DNA from: an uncultured Eubacteriales bacterium
GTDB taxonomy: Bacteria > Bacillota_I > Bacilli_A > RF39 > UBA660
Direction of reading: 5' to 3'
Length of the DNA stretch: 50,456 bases
Assembly (NCBI GenBank): GCA_900320735.1
Contig: ONTJ01000023.1
Coordinates: 1 to 50,456, forward strand
Shown here: piece after piece, positions 10,169-21,199 of the stretch
Numbering within the stretch: the stretch's first letter is position 1
Layout of the letters: each line of letters begins with the position of its first letter
Notes under the pieces: model-generated
The model's input: the letters and a program-made list of their open reading frames with translations, nothing else
Told to the model about the DNA's origin: nothing
Database searches by the model: none
Position numbers and translations under genes: made by a program

Positions 10169-10642
10169 GTGAAAAAGTTGAAAGAAATAGGAGAACTTTT
10201 AAGTGAAACACGAACTCAAAATGGTGTAACTATTGATGAAGCAGCTGAAGATTTAAACTATAAAATATCTCAACTCGAAGCAATTGAAAATGGTGATTTT
10301 AAAAATTTTAAAGATATATTTTTACTTAAATGCATAATTAGTGATTATGCTAAGTATTTAGGCCTTGATTCAGAAAAAATAATAGATGAATTTAATGAGT
10401 TTGTTTTTGAGTCAACATCAAAAATACCAATAGATGATATTGAAAGGGCAAGTAAGAAAAAAGAAGATGACAAAATAATGTCACCATACACAAAACAAGA
10501 AAAAGAAAAAAGTAAGTTACCACTTATACTATTTATAATATTGATTGTATTAATCATAACATTTGTTATCGTAACTGTATATAATAGTAGTAAAGATAGT
10601 TCTACAAGTGATAATTTAAGAATAAGTTTAGGGGAGAAGTAA
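10169..10642 (+). CDS. rodZ: RodZ/YmfM-like HTH membrane protein (short form)
   Basis: N-terminal HTH (IGELLSETR..LEAIENGD..YAKYLGLD), single TM, position before pgsA-recA. Confidence 0.75.
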   Translation: MKKLKEIGELLSETRTQNGVTIDEAAEDLNYKISQLEAIENGDFKNFKDIFLLKCIISDYAKYLGLDSEKIIDEFNEFVFESTSKIPIDDIERASKKKEDDKIMSPYTKQEKEKSKLPLILFIILIVLIITFVIVTVYNSSKDSSTSDNLRISLGEK

Positions 10643-10643
10643 T

Positions 10644-11192
10644 ATGAAAGGAAAACTACTAAAAACAAAATTTGTATTATCAGTATTGATAGTTTTCATG
10701 TTATTATTTCCATTTAGTATGTTAAATATCAGCTTTAACAAATATCTTATAAATTCACAAGTAATATTAGATACAAAAATGGTAATAGTTGCGGTTATAT
10801 TAACCATATATGCAATAACATATTTTATTTCAAAATATAAAGGTAATATAGACAAAAGAATAAGTTTATTATTTGATGAAATATCTATTGATACGGTTCT
10901 TATAATATTGTCATCTTATGGGTATATAAGTCCAATAATTACTGTGGTAGTAGTTCTAAGACATATTATTTTAGCAACATTAACAAGTGATGAGATTAAT
11001 GATAATATGAATGTAGAAATGGTATTATTGATAATTGGAATAATATTAAAATTAATAAATAATTTACCAATGGAATTCATTGGAATTGCACTTGATGAAT
11101 TTTTCTTGATTGCTGGAACGATATTATGCTTTATATTAACAATGAATCACATATTATCATATAAGAAAATAATAAATAAAAATGATAAGTAA
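10644..11192 (+). CDS. pgsA: PgsA-like multi-pass membrane protein lacking the CDP-alcohol phosphotransferase catalytic motif
   Basis: Occupies the pgsA slot (rodZ-X-recA); similar length and TM layout; residual VLIIL..G.ISPII.VVVVLR and NLP.E segments; no DxxDGxxAR..GxxxDxxxD. Confidence 0.55.
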   Translation: MKGKLLKTKFVLSVLIVFMLLFPFSMLNISFNKYLINSQVILDTKMVIVAVILTIYAITYFISKYKGNIDKRISLLFDEISIDTVLIILSSYGYISPIITVVVVLRHIILATLTSDEINDNMNVEMVLLIIGIILKLINNLPMEFIGIALDEFFLIAGTILCFILTMNHILSYKKIINKNDK

Positions 11193-11220
11193 AACTATCA
11201 TTTTTATTTTTATAAAAAAT

Positions 11221-11234
11221 AGAACAATTGTTCG
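11221..11234. promoter_or_regulatory. LexA (Cheo/SOS) box upstream of recA
   Basis: AGAAC-AATT-GTTCG matches Firmicute GAAC-N4-GTTC, next to promoter TTGCAA-N17-TATAAT (11243-11271). Confidence 0.88.
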
Positions 11235-11304
11235 AAAAACACTTGCAAAAAAAATTTTTATAGTATATAATATTATTGTATTCAGTTAAATAGGAGGAAA
11301 TAAG

Positions 11305-12324
11305 ATGGCAAAACAAGTAAATGACATTGATAAAGACAAAGTACTATCCCAAGTACTTGCTGATATAGAAAAACAATTTGGTAAAGGTGCAATCATGAAA
11401 CTTGGTGATGATACTCACAGAGAAATTGCGGTATCTCCAAGTGGATCGCTAACACTTGATTTAGCACTAGGAGTAGGTGGTTATCCAAAAGGAAGAATTA
11501 TAGAAATATATGGTCCTGAATCATCAGGTAAAACTACATTTGCACTTCATGCAATTGCGGAAGTACAAAAGGCAGGAGGAAGAGCAGCATTCATAGATGC
11601 TGAGCATGCACTTGATCCAATATATGCAAAAAATTTAGGCGTAGATATAAATAATTTATTACTTTCTCAACCTGATACTGGTGAACAAGCTTTAGAAATA
11701 TGTGAGGCATTAGTAAGAAGTGAAGCTATTAATATAGTTGTAATCGACTCAGTTGCAGCGTTAGTTCCACAAGCCGAAATAGAAGGTGAGATGGGGGATT
11801 CGCATGTAGGTCTTCAAGCAAGATTAATGAGTCAGGCATTAAGAAAATTATCTGGAACTATCAACAAAACTAATACAATTGCAATATTTATAAATCAGTT
11901 AAGAGAAAAAGTAGGCGTTATGTTTGGTAATCCAGAAACTACACCAGGTGGAAGAGCTCTTAAATTTTATTCTACAATCAGAATGGAAGTAAGGCGTAGT
12001 GAACAAATAAAGCAAGGTGACAATGTCATTGGTAATAAAACAAATGTCAAGATAGTTAAGAATAAAGTTGCACCACCATTTAAATCGGCAACACTTGAAA
12101 TTATGTATGGTGAAGGTGTTAGTAGAGAGTCTGAAATTATTGATTTAGCAACAGAAGCCAATATCTTAGAAAAAAGTGGTTCTTGGTATTCATACAATTC
12201 TGAAAAATTAGGACAAGGTAAAGAAACTGTTAAGGCTCTGCTTAGAGAAAATGTTAAATTAAAAGAAGAACTTGAAAACAAGGTAAGAGAACACTTTGGT
12301 ATAGCAATAAAAAAGGAAAAATAA
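11305..12324 (+). CDS. recA: Recombinase RecA
   Basis: [17 protein letters not shown] and GGRALKFY; RBS AGGAGG. Confidence 0.99.
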   Translation: MAKQVNDIDKDKVLSQVLADIEKQFGKGAIMKLGDDTHREIAVSPSGSLTLDLALGVGGYPKGRIIEIYGPESSGKTTFALHAIAEVQKAGGRAAFIDAEHALDPIYAKNLGVDINNLLLSQPDTGEQALEICEALVRSEAINIVVIDSVAALVPQAEIEGEMGDSHVGLQARLMSQALRKLSGTINKTNTIAIFINQLREKVGVMFGNPETTPGGRALKFYSTIRMEVRRSEQIKQGDNVIGNKTNVKIVKNKVAPPFKSATLEIMYGEGVSRESEIIDLATEANILEKSGSWYSYNSEKLGQGKETVKALLRENVKLKEELENKVREHFGIAIKKEK

Positions 12325-12387
12325 TTCCTTTTTTTTAATGGATTTTTTTAAAATTTTAGCAAATATATATATTAGGAGGAATAAAAT

Positions 12388-13782
12388 ATGGATGTTTTCA
12401 ATATAAATGGCTATACTTTGGATGATAATCAGAAAAAGGCAATTACAACGGAAAAAGAAAATGTTCTATTAATTGCAGGAGCGGGTTCAGGAAAAACCAG
12501 CACAATCGTAGGCAAAATCCGATATTTAGTGGAATATAAAAATATAGATTGTAACCAAATATTATGTATCTCATTTACCAATAAGTGTGTTGATAATTTA
12601 AAAAATATGCTACTCAATGATTATGGCTATAATATAGATGTATACACATTTCATAAATTATCACTAGATATAATAAAATCATACTCAAAAGATATAAGTG
12701 TTTCAGATGAAAAATTACTTGATTATGTAATTAATGAATTTTTTTATAGATTTGTGCATGACAAACGGTTACTAAAAAAAGATGAGTATAAAATGCTTAT
12801 AAATACGATCAAAACTTTCATAAACATATTTAAAACAAAAAACTATAATATAGATAAATTTAATACAATTTTAAAAAAAATAAAATATTCAAATAAGTAT
12901 ATTTTAATATGAATTATTAAATGCATTTATATAGAGTACCAAGAAGAACTAAAAAGTACATGCGAAATAGATTTTAATGATATGATAAATTATGCATATG
13001 ATACTTTGAATAAAAATAGAAACATGAAATCATATAAATATATAATTATTGATGAATACCAAGATACTTCATACTCAAAGTATAAATTAATGTCCAAGAT
13101 AAAAGAAATAACTAATGCAAAATTATTTGCTGTAGGAGATGATTTTCAATCAATTTATAGATTTACTGGATGTGATTTAAATATATTTATAAATTTTAAA
13201 AAATATTTTAAGAATAGTAAGATACTCAAAATTAATAATACATATAGAAATTCTAAAGAATTGATATATGTCTCTGGACACTTTATTATGAAAAATAAAT
13301 ATCAAATTAGGAAAAAATTAAAATCAAATAAGAGTATAGATAGGCCAATAATTGTTATATTTACTAATAATTGTAAAAAAGTATTATATGATTTAATAAA
13401 TAAAATAGATACAAATATTTTAATACTTGGAAGAAATAATAATGATATATACAATGTAGATTCTAATTTTAGTGAAAGCGATAAAGTTAGATATATGACA
13501 GTTCATAAATCAAAGGGATTAGAAGAAGATAATGTAATAATCATTAATTTAAATGATTGTATCAGTGGTTTTCCAAATAAGATAAAAAGCGATAATATAC
13601 TTAGTCTTATATTGGAAGAAAAGGAACTATATCCCTATGATGAAGAAAGAAGATTGTTTTATGTAGCACTAACACGAACTAAAAATTATGTATATTTAAT
13701 ATCTGATAGAAGTAAACCATCATATTTTATAAGAGAAATTGTAAGAGATTATGAAAAATATATAAAAGTATTATTTTATTAA
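12388..13782 (+). pseudogene. UvrD/helicase IV-like SF1 helicase interrupted by a single in-frame TGA at 12910-12912
   Basis: ORF 12388-12912 (AGAGSGKT, FTNK, TFH) and ORF 12982-13782 (DEYQD, GDDFQSIY, TVHKSKGLE, EERRLFYVALTR) are in the same frame; the linker reads IIKCIYIEYQEELKSTCEIDFND. Confidence 0.85.
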
Positions 13783-13813
13783 TATTGAATAAAATAATAT
13801 TAGGAGGGAATAT

Positions 13814-14263
13814 ATGAAAAAAATATTATTTTATATATTAATTACAGTGTTTATAGGATCTATACCTAGCTTTTTTTTAAATATAAGTGATAAATATAAA
13901 TCATTAAATAAACCACCGTTTTCGCCACCAGGATTTTTATTTCCTATAGTGTGGACTATTTTATTTGTTTTAATGGGAATCTCAATATATAAGATAGTAA
14001 AAACTGGTTCACAAAATACAAAAGAAGCTAAACTTATTTACTTTATACAGCTTATTGTAAATGCACTTTGGACACCAATATTTTTTGGATTAGATGAATA
14101 CTTCCTAGCATTCTTATGGATTCTTATGCTTATATTACTTGTAATTACTATGCTTATAATATTTAGTAAAATAGATAAAATTAGTGTATACTTAAATATA
14201 CCTTATTTATTATGGCTATTATTCGCGTGTTATCTTACGTTTGGTACATTTATACTAAATTAA
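13814..14263 (+). CDS. tspO: TspO/MBR tryptophan-rich sensory protein
   Basis: LNKPPFSPP..FPIVW, NALWTPIFFG and PYLLWLLFA. Confidence 0.92.
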   Translation: MKKILFYILITVFIGSIPSFFLNISDKYKSLNKPPFSPPGFLFPIVWTILFVLMGISIYKIVKTGSQNTKEAKLIYFIQLIVNALWTPIFFGLDEYFLAFLWILMLILLVITMLIIFSKIDKISVYLNIPYLLWLLFACYLTFGTFILN

Positions 14264-14318
14264 ATTGCATATTAAATAAATATATGATACAATACAAGCA
14301 AAGTAGAAGGATTGTATT

Positions 14319-15047
14319 ATGAAAAACATTAATTATTATTCAATTGAATTTAAGAACATGGGACGACTAGTAGTTAACACTAGGAGCAAACTTTTTTTAG
14401 ATAGTAAGAATTTACTTTATAAAATATTTAATGATAATGATGTGAATAAGTTAAAAATAAAAAGTAAAAAGATAGAATTATTTTCGAATATCCGCAAGTC
14501 ATACATTAATAGTCCAAAAAGTAAAATAACAGAGCATAATATATTTAGAGGATATACATCCAAGTATATTAATGGAACTTGTTTATCTGAATTAGATCAA
14601 CTACAATTTGCGAAAGCACTTTTAGAAACATCAAAGAGACTATCCGATATACATGAACTAAAAGAAAATATAGTTGTAGGTGACATGCATTTTAAAAATG
14701 TAATAGTGGATAAAAATTTAAAACCTCATTTTATTGATGTGGATAGTTATGGAATTGGTAAATATGAGAGTGACGATATACCATTAGAACTATATATCTA
14801 TTGTAAAATTATGAACTACAAGATTGAAAAAAATCAAGATTATGATAGATTATCATTTGTATTGTCAACATTTAAAACAATATTTAAAGATAATTTAATA
14901 AATGTAAGTCCAATGGATTATAAATTTGCCTCTAAAAAATATAGTTTTTTAGATAATGAAAAGATTGAAAGCTTATATTTAAAATTACGAAGTGAACATT
15001 CATCATTACCAGATGTACCATATATATACGAACTAACTAAAGAATAG
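14319..15047 (+). CDS. Protein kinase-like fold protein
   Basis: Catalytic loop VGDMHFKNVIV, metal loop FIDVDS, lysine in LLYKIF; own promoter TTGCAT-N17-TACAAT (14265-14293). Confidence 0.65.
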   Translation: MKNINYYSIEFKNMGRLVVNTRSKLFLDSKNLLYKIFNDNDVNKLKIKSKKIELFSNIRKSYINSPKSKITEHNIFRGYTSKYINGTCLSELDQLQFAKALLETSKRLSDIHELKENIVVGDMHFKNVIVDKNLKPHFIDVDSYGIGKYESDDIPLELYIYCKIMNYKIEKNQDYDRLSFVLSTFKTIFKDNLINVSPMDYKFASKKYSFLDNEKIESLYLKLRSEHSSLPDVPYIYELTKE

Positions 15048-15090
15048 GAATATTCTTTTTTTTTATGGTATAATTGAAACTGGTGGTAGT

Positions 15091-17436
15091 ATGAATAATA
15101 ATACAATTTTAGTTATTCCAAATAATATAAAAAATAGTATATTGTTGAAACTTAATGATGATATAAACATACATAACTTAAAAATAATGAATTTAGAAGA
15201 ATTAATAAATATGTTGACATTTGCTTATAATGAAGAAACTATATATTATTTAATGAAAAAGTATAATATCAAATATGATGTTGCCACTATTTATTTAGAA
15301 AATTTAAAGTATGTAGACGACAAAATATATAATAATGGTAGACTAGATAAATTAGTAAGAATAAAAAAAGATTTATTTGACAAGAACCTATTATACAAAG
15401 ATGATAATATAAATATTTTTTTAGAAAATAAAGAAATAGTTGTATATGGCTATGACCATATAAATAAGTTTGAATTATCTATATTGAATTCTATAGGTGC
15501 GATTATAAAAGAAAAAGAAATAAAAAATTATAAACACAATATTTATGAATTTAATGACATTTCGGATGAAGTGGAATTTGTTGCTTGTAAGATAATTGAT
15601 TTAATTAATGATGGTGTAGATATTAATAATATAAAAATTACTGGATATTCTGATGAATATTACAATGATATAAAAAGAATATTTAAATTTTATAATATCC
15701 CAGTGTCTATTAAAGAAAATGGTATTTTAGATACTTGCATAATCTCAGATTTTATAGACTTAATAAAAGATAATAATATTAATGATACACTTGAAAAACT
15801 AAAAAATAAATATGACCTAAAAAATGAAAGAAATGGTTTTATTTATAATAAATTAATAAATATCTTGAATAAATATACTTTTGTTAGTGACTACAAAGAT
15901 GTAATTGATATGCTTATACATGATTTTAAGATAGAATCTAATTATAGTAGAAAACTAAATAATTATGTAGAAATAACTAGTTTAAAAGATAATATATTTG
16001 ATGATGATAAATATGTTTTTGTAATTGGTTTTAATCAGGGAAAGATACCTATAATTTATAAAGATGAAGATTATATAAGTGATTTATATAAAGAAAATTT
16101 ATTAATTGAAAATACAAAAGAAAAAAATATAAATGAGAAAAAAGTAATTACAAATATAGTTAGGTCTATTAAAAATTTAACTATAACATATAAACTCAAA
16201 AGTGCTTTTGAAGTCTATTATAAAAGTTCATTGATAGATGAGTTAGATTTTAATATCATTAAAGATATAAAGATAGATAATAAATATTCAAATAAGATGA
16301 ACTATATTAAACTTTCAAAATACCTAGATGAATTTATAAAATATGGAACAAAAAATGATGAGCTTGATTTATTGTATTCAAATTATAGTGATATCAAATA
16401 TCTAAAATTTAATAATAGATTTAAGGGAATAAGCAAAGATAAACTAATAAAAAAAATAGATAATAATTTATTATTATCATATTCAAGTATTGATAATTAT
16501 TATAGATGTGGATTCCGATATTATTTGAATAATATATTAAAATTATCGGAATATGATGAGACTTTTATGATAAAAATTGGTAATATATTTCACTACATAT
16601 TATCGAAATGTTTTGAGGATAATTTTAATTTTGAGGATGAATATGATAAGTTGACTAAAGAAGTTTTTTCTAGTAATAAAGAAATATTTTTTATAAGCAA
16701 ATTGAAAGAAGAATTATTATTTATAATAGATACAATTAAGCATCAAAATAAATTTTCTTCATTAGATGAGGCTTTATATGAAAACAAGATTTTCATTAAC
16801 AAAGAAGGAAATATTAAATTAACATTTGTTGGAATTATAGATAAATTACTTATGAAAAAAGATAAAGGTAATACATATTTAGTAATTATTGATTATAAAA
16901 CAGGAAATCCAAATATTAATCTAAACAATGTAATATATGGAATAGATATGCAACTTCCTGTATATGTTTACCTTGCAAACAATAAAATAGAAAATGCTAA
17001 AGTAATTGGTTTTTATCTTCAAAAAATATTAAACACACAAGTTGTAAGGCAAACAGGTAAAACTTATGAAAAATTAAAAAAAGATAATTTGAAATTACAG
17101 GGATATTCTATAGATAATCAGGATTTAATAGGAATGTTTGATTCTACATATAGGTCAAGTGAAGTGATAAAATCTATGAAAGTTGGTAATAATGGTTTTT
17201 ATGCATATTCAAAAATATTGTCACAAGAGAAAATAAATAAATTAATAGACTTAACCAAAAGTAATATTGATACAGCATTTAAAGATATATTGGATTGCAA
17301 ATTTGATATTAATCCCAAAAGAATAGGCACTAATTTAATTGGATGTGAATTTTGTAAATACAAAGATATATGTTACATGAAAGAAGAGAATATAGTAAAT
17401 TTAAAGGAATATAAGAATTTAGAATTTCTAAAGTGA
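15091..17436 (+). CDS. addB: AddB/RexB-like nuclease subunit
   Basis: LSYSSIDNYYRCGFRY, GIIDK..IIDYKTG, QLPVY and Fe-S cysteines CEFCKYKDIC; directly upstream of addA. Confidence 0.85.
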   Translation: MNNNTILVIPNNIKNSILLKLNDDINIHNLKIMNLEELINMLTFAYNEETIYYLMKKYNIKYDVATIYLENLKYVDDKIYNNGRLDKLVRIKKDLFDKNLLYKDDNINIFLENKEIVVYGYDHINKFELSILNSIGAIIKEKEIKNYKHNIYEFNDISDEVEFVACKIIDLINDGVDINNIKITGYSDEYYNDIKRIFKFYNIPVSIKENGILDTCIISDFIDLIKDNNINDTLEKLKNKYDLKNERNGFIYNKLINILNKYTFVSDYKDVIDMLIHDFKIESNYSRKLNNYVEITSLKDNIFDDDKYVFVIGFNQGKIPIIYKDEDYISDLYKENLLIENTKEKNINEKKVITNIVRSIKNLTITYKLKSAFEVYYKSSLIDELDFNIIKDIKIDNKYSNKMNYIKLSKYLDEFIKYGTKNDELDLLYSNYSDIKYLKFNNRFKGISKDKLIKKIDNNLLLSYSSIDNYYRCGFRYYLNNILKLSEYDETFMIKIGNIFHYILSKCFEDNFNFEDEYDKLTKEVFSSNKEIFFISKLKEELLFIIDTIKHQNKFSSLDEALYENKIFINKEGNIKLTFVGIIDKLLMKKDKGNTYLVIIDYKTGNPNINLNNVIYGIDMQLPVYVYLANNKIENAKVIGFYLQKILNTQVVRQTGKTYEKLKKDNLKLQGYSIDNQDLIGMFDSTYRSSEVIKSMKVGNNGFYAYSKILSQEKINKLIDLTKSNIDTAFKDILDCKFDINPKRIGTNLIGCEFCKYKDICYMKEENIVNLKEYKNLEFLK

Positions 17437-17446
17437 GGTGATATTT

Positions 17447-20400
17447 ATGCCAAATTGGACAGACGAACAACTAAAAGCTATAAATGAAGATGGAAAAAAT
17501 ATAATTGTATCTGCGGGTGCTGGTTCTGGTAAAACTGCTGTTTTGTCAGAGAGAGTATTACGAAAATTAAAACAAGGTATAAATATTAATGAATTACTAA
17601 TTTTGACTTTCACAAATGCTGCTGCTAAGGAAATGAAAGAAAGAATTAGAAAAAAAATACAAAAAGAAAATCAATTGAAAGATCAACTAGATTTGATTGA
17701 TGAAGCATATATTACAACTTTTGATTCTTTTTCATTATCAACAGTAAAAAAATATCATTACTTATTAAATATATCACCAAATGTACAAATAATAGATGAA
17801 TCATTAATTGAACTTAGAAAAAATAAAATATTAGATGAAATATTTGAGGAAAAATATAATGATGAATTATTTAAAAAACTTATAAGTGATTTTTGTGTAA
17901 AAGATGATGACAATATAAAAAATTATATATTAAATATAAGTAAAAAATTAGATTTAAAGACTAATAAAGTTGAATACCTAAATAGATATATTAATAATTA
18001 TTTTAACGATGAAAGGATAAATGAAGATATAAATTTATATGTTAAATTATTGTTAAAAAAGATAAATTATATATCTGAATTAACTCTTGATATTTCATTT
18101 TTAGTAGATGGTGAATATTATAATAAATTTAGTGATACACTATCTAAATTAATAAATAGTAAAACATATGAAGAAATATTAAATAATGTAGATATTTCAT
18201 TACCTAATTTACCAAAAGGATCAGATAATGATGTAAAGAAAATAAAAGAAGATATAAATGGTATACTAAAAGAACTAAAAGAACTATGTAAATATGAAGA
18301 TATAGATGATATGAAAAGACAAATACTATCTACAAAAGATTACGTCGAAGTAATAATAGATATCATACTTAAATTAGACGATAAAATAAAACAATATAAA
18401 TTTACTAATGATATGTATGAATTCAATGATATTGCACTTTTAGCTATTGATTTACTAAAAAATAATGAAGATGTTAGATTAGAAATGAAAAATTACTTTA
18501 ATGAAATAATGATAGATGAGTATCAAGACACTAGTGATATACAAGAAGAATTCATATCCCTTATATCAAATAACAATGTATATATGGTTGGAGATATTAA
18601 ACAATCTATATATAAATTCAGAAATGCAAATCCATATATATTTAAAAATAAGTATGATAATTATTCTGATTTAAATGGTGGAATAAAAATTGATTTAAAT
18701 AAGAATTTTAGATCACGAAATGAGGTAATTAATAATATAAATTTAATATTTGAAAATATAATGGATGATTATATAGGTGGGGCAGATTATAAAAAATCAC
18801 ATAGAATGATATTTGGTAATAATTCTTATATTGAAAAAGGAAATGTAAATCAAAATAATAATTTACAAATATATAATTATTCATTTGATAGGCAATCAAC
18901 TTATAAAAAGGAAGAAGTAGAAGCGTTTATAATTGCAAATGATATAAAAGAAAAAATTGATAATAAATATAAAATATTTGATAAGGATAAATTAATAATA
19001 AGGGATGCAAATTATAGTGATTTTGTTATATTGATGGATAGATCTACTAATTTTTTACTTTATAAAAAAATATTTGAATATTTGGGTATACCACTTACTA
19101 TATATAAAGATGAGAAAATCACAGAAGATATATTATTATCAATAATTAAAAACATATTATCTTTAATTATTGATATACATGAAAATAGATATGACGTTAA
19201 ATTCAAATATGAATTTATATCTATATTAAGAAGTCCATTATATGAAGTAGAAGACAGTGTTATTTTTGATTATTTTTTGGATAATAATTTTAAAGAAAAT
19301 GACTTATATAATAAATGTAAAGAAATATGTGAGTATATTGATAATACTTCAATTAAAAATATAATTGAAATAGTGATTGATAAATTTAATTTTTATGATA
19401 ATTTTATTAAAATAGGAAATATACAATCAAATATAGTAAAATTAGATTATATAAAAAATATTTCTGAAAATTTTTCTAAAATAGGATACACAATTAAGGA
19501 TTTTATAAATTATCTAACTGAGATAATAAGCAAAAAATATGACATAACTTTTAATCAAAATAAGGATGATAATAATTCAGTAAGAATAATGACAATACAT
19601 AAATCAAAGGGACTTGAATATAGTATTTGTTATTACCCAGGATTATATCCAAGCTTTAATATAAGTGATCTGAATGAAAGATTTATGTATAGTAATAAAT
19701 ATGGAATTATATGTTCATCATTTAATGATGGAATTGATACAACTATATATAAAGAATTACTCAAAGATGATTACATTAATGAAGAAATAAGTGAAGAAAT
19801 TAGATTGTTTTATGTAGCTCTTACAAGAGCAAAAGAAAAAATGATAATAGTTATGGATATTAATGATGATAATTATATAACTAAGTCACCACTAGATAGT
19901 AATGTAAGAGAAAAATATAGGTCATTTAAGGATGTAATATTATCAATTCATAATTTATTAGATAGTAATATTTTTAATATAGATTTGGATAAATTAAATA
20001 TTTCAAAAGATTATAACTTGATTAAAAATAATAATTATTTAGACTATATAAATATAGTAGATCAAAAAGTAAAAATAAATGAAATTAATATTGAAAATAA
20101 TATTATAAAAGAAGATTCATATTCTAAAAAAATAAATAAATTAATTGATAATGAAACCAAGAATAATATTATTCTTGGGACTAAAATACATTATGTATTA
20201 GAGCTAGTAGATCTAAAAAATCCTAATTTAGATAAAATTAGGGTAGATGACTTTATTAAAAACAAAGTAAATAAATTATTAAAAAATGATGTATTTAAAA
20301 ATGTAAAAGATGCAACTGTGTATAAAGAATATGAATTTATGTATGAGAAAGATGATATTGTTCATCATGGTATTATAGATTTAATGCTTATCTATGATGA

Positions 20401-20557
20401 TAAGATAGATATCATAGATTATAAACTTAAGAATATTGAAGATGAAAATTATATATTGCAGTTAAATGGATATAAGGAATATATTAAAACTAAATTTAAT
20501 AAAGAAACTAATATATATTTGTATTCAATAATAGATGAAAAAATAAAAAAGATCTAA
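17447..20557 (+). CDS. addA: AddA/RexA helicase-nuclease
   Basis: WTDEQ, AGAGSGKTAVL, DEYQD, GDIKQSIY, TIHKSKGLE and C-terminal GIIDL..IIDYK; start moved to ATG 17447. Confidence 0.9.
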   Translation: MPNWTDEQLKAINEDGKNIIVSAGAGSGKTAVLSERVLRKLKQGININELLILTFTNAAAKEMKERIRKKIQKENQLKDQLDLIDEAYITTFDSFSLSTVKKYHYLLNISPNVQIIDESLIELRKNKILDEIFEEKYNDELFKKLISDFCVKDDDNIKNYILNISKKLDLKTNKVEYLNRYINNYFNDERINEDINLYVKLLLKKINYISELTLDISFLVDGEYYNKFSDTLSKLINSKTYEEILNNVDISLPNLPKGSDNDVKKIKEDINGILKELKELCKYEDIDDMKRQILSTKDYVEVIIDIILKLDDKIKQYKFTNDMYEFNDIALLAIDLLKNNEDVRLEMKNYFNEIMIDEYQDTSDIQEEFISLISNNNVYMVGDIKQSIYKFRNANPYIFKNKYDNYSDLNGGIKIDLNKNFRSRNEVINNINLIFENIMDDYIGGADYKKSHRMIFGNNSYIEKGNVNQNNNLQIYNYSFDRQSTYKKEEVEAFIIANDIKEKIDNKYKIFDKDKLIIRDANYSDFVILMDRSTNFLLYKKIFEYLGIPLTIYKDEKITEDILLSIIKNILSLIIDIHENRYDVKFKYEFISILRSPLYEVEDSVIFDYFLDNNFKENDLYNKCKEICEYIDNTSIKNIIEIVIDKFNFYDNFIKIGNIQSNIVKLDYIKNISENFSKIGYTIKDFINYLTEIISKKYDITFNQNKDDNNSVRIMTIHKSKGLEYSICYYPGLYPSFNISDLNERFMYSNKYGIICSSFNDGIDTTIYKELLKDDYINEEISEEIRLFYVALTRAKEKMIIVMDINDDNYITKSPLDSNVREKYRSFKDVILSIHNLLDSNIFNIDLDKLNISKDYNLIKNNNYLDYINIVDQKVKINEINIENNIIKEDSYSKKINKLIDNETKNNIILGTKIHYVLELVDLKNPNLDKIRVDDFIKNKVNKLLKNDVFKNVKDATVYKEYEFMYEKDDIVHHGIIDLMLIYDDKIDIIDYKLKNIEDENYILQLNGYKEYIKTKFNKETNIYLYSIIDEKIKKI

Positions 20558-20577
20558 CATTTGTTAAATCTTTTTTT
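20545..20577. terminator. Bidirectional terminator addA/rpsD
   Basis: A-tract, imperfect hairpin, T-tract between convergent genes. Confidence 0.65.
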
Positions 20578-20578
20578 A

Positions 20579-21181
20579 TTATCTGTTATAGAATTCAACG
20601 ATTAATGATTCGTTAATATCTGCTGAAAGTTCACTTCTTTCAGGTAATCTAACATATGTACCTTCAAGTTTATTTTTATCAAAAGTAACATATTGGGCAG
20701 TGTTGTTAATTGCTTCTAAAGATTCTTTAATTGACTTATGATCTTTTGAGTTTTCTTTAACACTAATTACATCACCTGGTTTTGCTATGTAAGATGGTAT
20801 ATCAACTTTTTTACCATTTACTAGGATATGACCATGATTAACTATTTGTCTAGCACCTCTTCTTGTTCTAGAAAGTCCCATACGATAAACTAAGTTATCT
20901 AATCTACTTTCAAGTAATTTTAAGAAGTTTTCACCATGGATACCTTGCATTTTTCCAGCTTTATTAAATAAAGTTCTAAATTGTCTTTCATTTAAACCAT
21001 ATGTGAATTTAACTTTTTGTTTTTCATTTAATTGAACAGCATAGTTAGAAGCTTTTGCCTTTCTATCTTGTCCATGTACACCTGGTTTATAAGGTCTTTT
21101 AGCTAAATCTTTACCATTTTCAAGTGTAGAAAATGAAACTCTACGACTCTTTTTGTTAGCTGGTCCTGTGTATCTTGACAT
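20579..21181 (-). CDS. rpsD: 30S ribosomal protein S4
   Basis: [29 protein letters not shown] and IVEFYNR. Confidence 0.99.
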   Translation of the reverse strand: MSRYTGPANKKSRRVSFSTLENGKDLAKRPYKPGVHGQDRKAKASNYAVQLNEKQKVKFTYGLNERQFRTLFNKAGKMQGIHGENFLKLLESRLDNLVYRMGLSRTRRGARQIVNHGHILVNGKKVDIPSYIAKPGDVISVKENSKDHKSIKESLEAINNTAQYVTFDKNKLEGTYVRLPERSELSADINESLIVEFYNR

Positions 21182-21199
21182 TTTCCTTCCTCCTTTACT

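Noticed and set aside
12910-12912. Genetic code 4 (TGA=Trp) or selenocysteine as the explanation for the helicase stop
   Set aside because: Trp is encoded by TGG in the genes checked, and TGA ends intact genes (1405, 17436, 24995, 33265, 49888); there is no redox Cys context and no SECIS-like hairpin in the AT-rich downstream sequence
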